A stretch of DNA of 28,471 nt from a bacterium (lineage in GTDB: Bacteria; SZUA-182; DTGQ01; JAFGSM01): the NCBI GenBank assembly GCA_049472355.1, contig JBLIRP010000049.1, forward strand, positions 1 to 28,471, written 5' to 3'. Below are positions 25,233 through 28,471 of this stretch, in pieces. How positions within the stretch are numbered: the stretch's first letter is position 1; each line of letters starts with the position of its first letter. Under the pieces are notes generated by a model, which saw only the letters and a program-made list of their open reading frames with translations, did no database searches and was not told the origin of the DNA. The position numbers and the translations under genes were made by a program.

Positions 25233-25480
25233 TGACTCAGTGCCTCCCTGATCGCCTCTTCGTTGAATCCCACAATGACCTCGTCCCCGATGAGGATGGT
25301 GGGAAAGGTGCACCTGGGATTCACCCGTTTTACCTCCTCGATGACGGCCTGTCTCTCCTTTCCCTCCAGGAGGTCCACATCCGTATAGTCGTAGCGCACA
25401 TTGCATTCATTCAGGAACTTCTTGGCTGCATTGCAGTGGCTGCAAGTGCTGAGGGTGTAGATCCTTACCGGTTTCTGCAT
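25229..25480 (-). CDS. Glutaredoxin (NrdH/YruB-like)
   Basis: IYTLSTCSHC, cis-Pro TFPT and VIVGF. Confidence 0.92.
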   Translation of the reverse strand: MQKPVRIYTLSTCSHCNAAKKFLNECNVRYDYTDVDLLEGKERQAVIEEVKRVNPRCTFPTILIGDEVIVGFNEEAIREALSQ

Positions 25481-25578
25481 TTCAGGTCCCCTGTTGTAAG
25501 TGTATCATGGATCGAGAAGGCGGTCTCGATCACATTCCTCATCCGTCGGATGATTGCGGATCGATTGCGCGGAGATGA

Positions 25579-25761
25579 TCAATCCTTCTTGACGAGCGGT
25601 TTTCCGCAGCATTCGATTGCACAGGTGCCCCCCGCATCGTGGCAGGTGCATTCCTCTTCAGGGGTTCCCACATCCATGCATTCCTTGACCACCTTGATCT
25701 CGAGGCCGCAATCCTCGCACATGTAAATCTCCCCCATTCTCATATCATGACAACTGGACAT
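25579..25761 (-). CDS. Small Cys-rich desulforedoxin-like metal-binding protein
   Basis: AGGAGGA RBS. GEIYMCEDCG...CCGKPL matches the desulforedoxin CxxC...CC pattern, with extra Cys/His residues. Confidence 0.75.
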   Translation of the reverse strand: MSSCHDMRMGEIYMCEDCGLEIKVVKECMDVGTPEEECTCHDAGGTCAIECCGKPLVKKD

Positions 25762-26030
25762 GACCGTCCTCCTTTCAGGATGTTAAGAATAGACACTGTC
25801 TTATGCATGGAACATAGGCTGGTGAAGAGATCCGAAATCTGACCCGGCTCCGGAAGAATCATTCGTAAGGTCATGCTGTATATGCATTATATATACTATT
25901 CCAAATGGAATCCCTTTTCAATCCCGAACGTGACGGAAAAGACAATGCAGGGCATGTAATCCGCACGCTTTTTCCCCCGTCTTTACTATTGGATATTCTT
26001 TGTATATTATTTCCCTGACGGTTCGATTCC

Positions 26031-26058
26031 TTGACATTGAGAACCGTTATGGTATCAT
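26031..26058 (+). promoter_or_regulatory. Sigma70-type promoter with extended -10 upstream of the ECF sigma-TetR-SBP genes
   Basis: TTGACA (26031-26036), 16 nt spacer, TG-g-TATCAT (-10 at 26053-26058). Confidence 0.65.
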
Positions 26059-26074
26059 GTAAATGAGCATTTAC
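26059..26074. promoter_or_regulatory. Palindromic operator, candidate TetR site
   Basis: GTAAATG-ag-CATTTAC is a perfect 7-bp inverted repeat abutting the -10 hexamer. Confidence 0.55.
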
Positions 26075-26182
26075 TAACAATATCTTGTGTCGAGCTCACT
26101 TCGGTATAGGGGGGTTGTTTGGATCAGATAGCCTGCATACATGATCACGCTGAATTAACCGAGAAGAACAACAGGAGCAATA

Positions 26183-26836
26183 ATGGCAATACATGAAGAA
26201 TTTCTTTTATTCCTGGGCCGATGTATCGACAAGGAGAGAGACGCCTGGGACGGTTTTGTCAAGAAATACAGCAACCTTATGTACCTTTACATTATAAGGA
26301 CATTGAAAAGGTACTCCCATCCGGTGCAGTACGAGGAGGTCGATGAAATCTTCAACTGTATCTTTCTGGCGCTTTTAGAGAATGACTGTAAAAGGATGCG
26401 GAGTTTTCGCGGCCGCAGCGAGCAATCCTTTGTGGCGTATCTGCGAGAGATCTGCTTTCACATGACCATTGATTTCTTGAGGAGACAGAAGCCGTTCGTC
26501 GATCTTGAGAAGGTGCAATATTGTGTTTCCGCCCGGGATAACTACGATGGAGTGGATTACCGCGATCTCAAACAGATCATCGGCGTAATCAAGGCGGAAC
26601 TCCCTGAGCGGCACAGGTATCTGTTCAATTTGATGTATGAAGAGGACCTTGCATCATCCGAAATCGCTTACATAATGGGCATTAATCTCAATGCCCTCCA
26701 CCAGTTGAAGTTCCGGATGATGAAGAATTTTGTCAAGATCGCGAAACGGAAGCGGTTGTACCATGAGTTGAAGACGTTTGTTCACCTGCAAGCCCCCATT
26801 ATGGTGGGGCTCAATGAGATCGGGTCGGTGATCTGA
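26183..26836 (+). CDS. ECF-type sigma-70 family sigma factor (divergent)
   Basis: AGGAG RBS. Region 2 DAWDGFVKKYSNLMY...F.AYL..I....IDFLRR; region 4 LPERHRYLFNLMYEEDLASSEIAYIMGI. Confidence 0.8.
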   Translation: MAIHEEFLLFLGRCIDKERDAWDGFVKKYSNLMYLYIIRTLKRYSHPVQYEEVDEIFNCIFLALLENDCKRMRSFRGRSEQSFVAYLREICFHMTIDFLRRQKPFVDLEKVQYCVSARDNYDGVDYRDLKQIIGVIKAELPERHRYLFNLMYEEDLASSEIAYIMGINLNALHQLKFRMMKNFVKIAKRKRLYHELKTFVHLQAPIMVGLNEIGSVI

Positions 26837-27031
26837 CGTATTGTGAAGGGCGTCACGCGATCCGCGTTTTTAGCTTCTGCCATTCCTTACGCAGGAACGA
26901 TGCGGCAATAACCGGAAATAATACGGTTTCGATGGACATGATCAAACGGGATGAGGATACCCCCCAGGGATGTGGATGTGAACCGATTGGGATGACATGT
27001 TCCTCCAACCACCATGGCAAGGAGAAGGTAG

Positions 27032-27625
27032 ATGGAAAGAAAACCCACTGAGATACGCAGGGCGGAGATTGTACAGGCTGCGTGGGAGCTCATCATGGAG
27101 GAGGGGGTTCATGGGCTCACCATCAAAAACATCTGCAGGATGAACAATATAACGGAGGCTGCCGTATACCGGCATTTTGCCGACAAGCACGCCATTCTCA
27201 TGGCGCTCATCGACAGCTTCGAGGTAAATCTCATGCAGGCGCTGGACAACCCCATACGAAATTACCGCAATCCGTTGCAGCGGCTCAAGGAGGTCATGAA
27301 GACGCACATGGCCTTTACCGAGGAGAAAAAGGGTATCCTTTTCGCCGTCACCGCCGAGTCCGTCCACTTTAACGACGATGAATTGCGCCGGCGGATCCTG
27401 AGTGTTATCAATACATACAGGGACAGGATCAAGGAGATGCTCAAGGAGGCGAAGAACGAGGGATTGCTGCGGGAAGACACCAATGTGGACGCCGCGAGTC
27501 TGACCTTTTTCGGCCTCATTCAGGCGGCGATCGTTCAATATGCATTGACCGGCTATACCATACCGCCCATTTCCAAGTTCAATACCCTTTGGGATATCTT
27601 TCTGAGGGGGGTTCAAAAGTGCTGA
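27032..27625 (+). CDS. TetR/AcrR family transcriptional regulator
   Basis: RRAEIVQAAWELIMEEGVHGLTIKNICRMNNITEAAVYRHFADK HTH; AGGAG RBS. Confidence 0.93.
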   Translation: MERKPTEIRRAEIVQAAWELIMEEGVHGLTIKNICRMNNITEAAVYRHFADKHAILMALIDSFEVNLMQALDNPIRNYRNPLQRLKEVMKTHMAFTEEKKGILFAVTAESVHFNDDELRRRILSVINTYRDRIKEMLKEAKNEGLLREDTNVDAASLTFFGLIQAAIVQYALTGYTIPPISKFNTLWDIFLRGVQKC

Positions 27626-27644
27626 GCATAGAAGGTGCATCAGG

Positions 27645-28471
27645 ATGAAAAGGCCATATTGCTCTCGCCTCATTGCATGGCTGACCGTCCTTCTCGTTTT
27701 CCTGTTCCCTCTCACCTGCCATGGAAACGGAGCAACGATCGCGATGTTTCTCTGGAGTGGTGAAACGAAGGCTGAAGAGGGCTTCAGGGATGTGCTTGCG
27801 GAGGAATTTCCCGAGCAGGCGCCGACCTATACCCTCTTTGACGCTGCAAAGGACATGGACCGTCTGGAACGCCATCTGGAGGACTTCGACGAGCTTCGCT
27901 ATGATCTTGTTTATACATACGGCTCAAAGATAACCTCCGAGATTGCGGGGCGGTATACGAAACCCCCCATTGTCTTTGATATCGTCTTTGATCCGGTGGG
28001 CTACGGGATCATTGAATCCTGGGACTCGAAGCAGCCCAATCTCACCGGGGCGTCAAACGCCATTCCTGCGGATATACAGATCGAGAAGATCCGGGAGGTC
28101 TTGGGCGAAGGGGCGATCGGCTTTATTTACAACCCCGCTGACGAGCAGTCCGTACAAATCAAGGAGGCCATGGAGCAATGCCTCGAACAGGCGGGGGGTA
28201 TCCTGCTCCCCTTCGAGTTCCATCAGAATTTTCGTGCCCTGCGCTCATATATGGAGCGGGTGAGCAACCGGGTGGCGTGCATCTACCTTCCCTCCGAATG
28301 GAGTATATCGAAATACGTCTCCCGCATTATCAGCGAGAGCACCCGTCGGAAGATACCCACCTGCGTCACCAGCATATCCTACCTCAGAAAGAGGGCGCTT
28401 CTGTGCATAAGCGCGGAGTACTACAATGTAGGCAGAATGGCCGGAGCGCTTGCCGCAAAAATCCTCAAGGG
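27645..28471 (+). CDS. ABC transporter substrate-binding protein (ABC_sub_bind type), 3'-truncated
   Basis: Not in the ORF track because it has no stop in the window. My translation from the ATG at 27645: MKRPYCSRLIAWLTVLLVFLFP...YDLVYTYGSKIT...PIVFDIVFDPVGYGII...NLTGASN...IGFIYNPADEQS...CIYLPSE...YYNVGRMAGALAAKILK. Confidence 0.85.
   Translation, partial: MKRPYCSRLIAWLTVLLVFLFPLTCHGNGATIAMFLWSGETKAEEGFRDVLAEEFPEQAPTYTLFDAAKDMDRLERHLEDFDELRYDLVYTYGSKITSEIAGRYTKPPIVFDIVFDPVGYGIIESWDSKQPNLTGASNAIPADIQIEKIREVLGEGAIGFIYNPADEQSVQIKEAMEQCLEQAGGILLPFEFHQNFRALRSYMERVSNRVACIYLPSEWSISKYVSRIISESTRRKIPTCVTSISYLRKRALLCISAEYYNVGRMAGALAAKILK

Noticed and set aside
24897..25480. Selenocysteine recoding in the redox genes
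   Set aside because: All catalytic positions are Cys codons, and the TGA codons are ordinary stops in ATGA overlaps.
25579..25761. Cys-rich RiPP precursor (ranthipeptide/SCIFF-like)
   Set aside because: No radical SAM or other maturase is adjacent, and the CxxC...CCG pattern fits desulforedoxin better.

Overview
Bacterial DNA that looks Desulfobacterota/deltaproteobacterial from gene content; I cannot assign the taxon. The window has three zones. (1) About 1-2110 is a visibly AT-richer patch with a 5'-truncated hypothetical gene, an RHH antitoxin plus a truncated PIN toxin, and an intact antitoxin-RelE/ParE pair; the two TA modules sit behind similar sigma70 promoters. (2) About 2120-25800 is a GC-rich core, mostly on the minus strand. 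It encodes a SagB/ThcOx nitroreductase, a lipoprotein GH13 alpha-amylase with C-terminal CBM-like modules, a sulfotransferase, OmpA, a Pro-rich Zn-ribbon membrane protein, a CX5R phosphatase, a rhodanese, a TIM-barrel protein, YciO/Sua5, a CBS-GGDEF protein, an FHA protein, a hybrid kinase, a serine hydrolase, an EEP protein and a desulforedoxin-like/glutaredoxin/FTR redox trio. (3) About 25900-end holds an ECF sigma, TetR and a 3'-truncated ABC substrate-binding protein. The standout is 11340-14861(-): a full-length, intron-free, plant-type alpha-glucan, water dikinase (GWD/R1/SEX1 architecture: 2x CBM45, central GWD domain, phospho-His, PPDK-type nucleotide-binding domain). It overlaps a downstream TIM-barrel gene and lies near a CX5R phosphatase and an amylase, suggesting a candidate bacterial glucan-phosphorylation system. 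There is also a non-coding repeat family with a covarying hairpin, one copy of which is nested in 30-bp inverted repeats.
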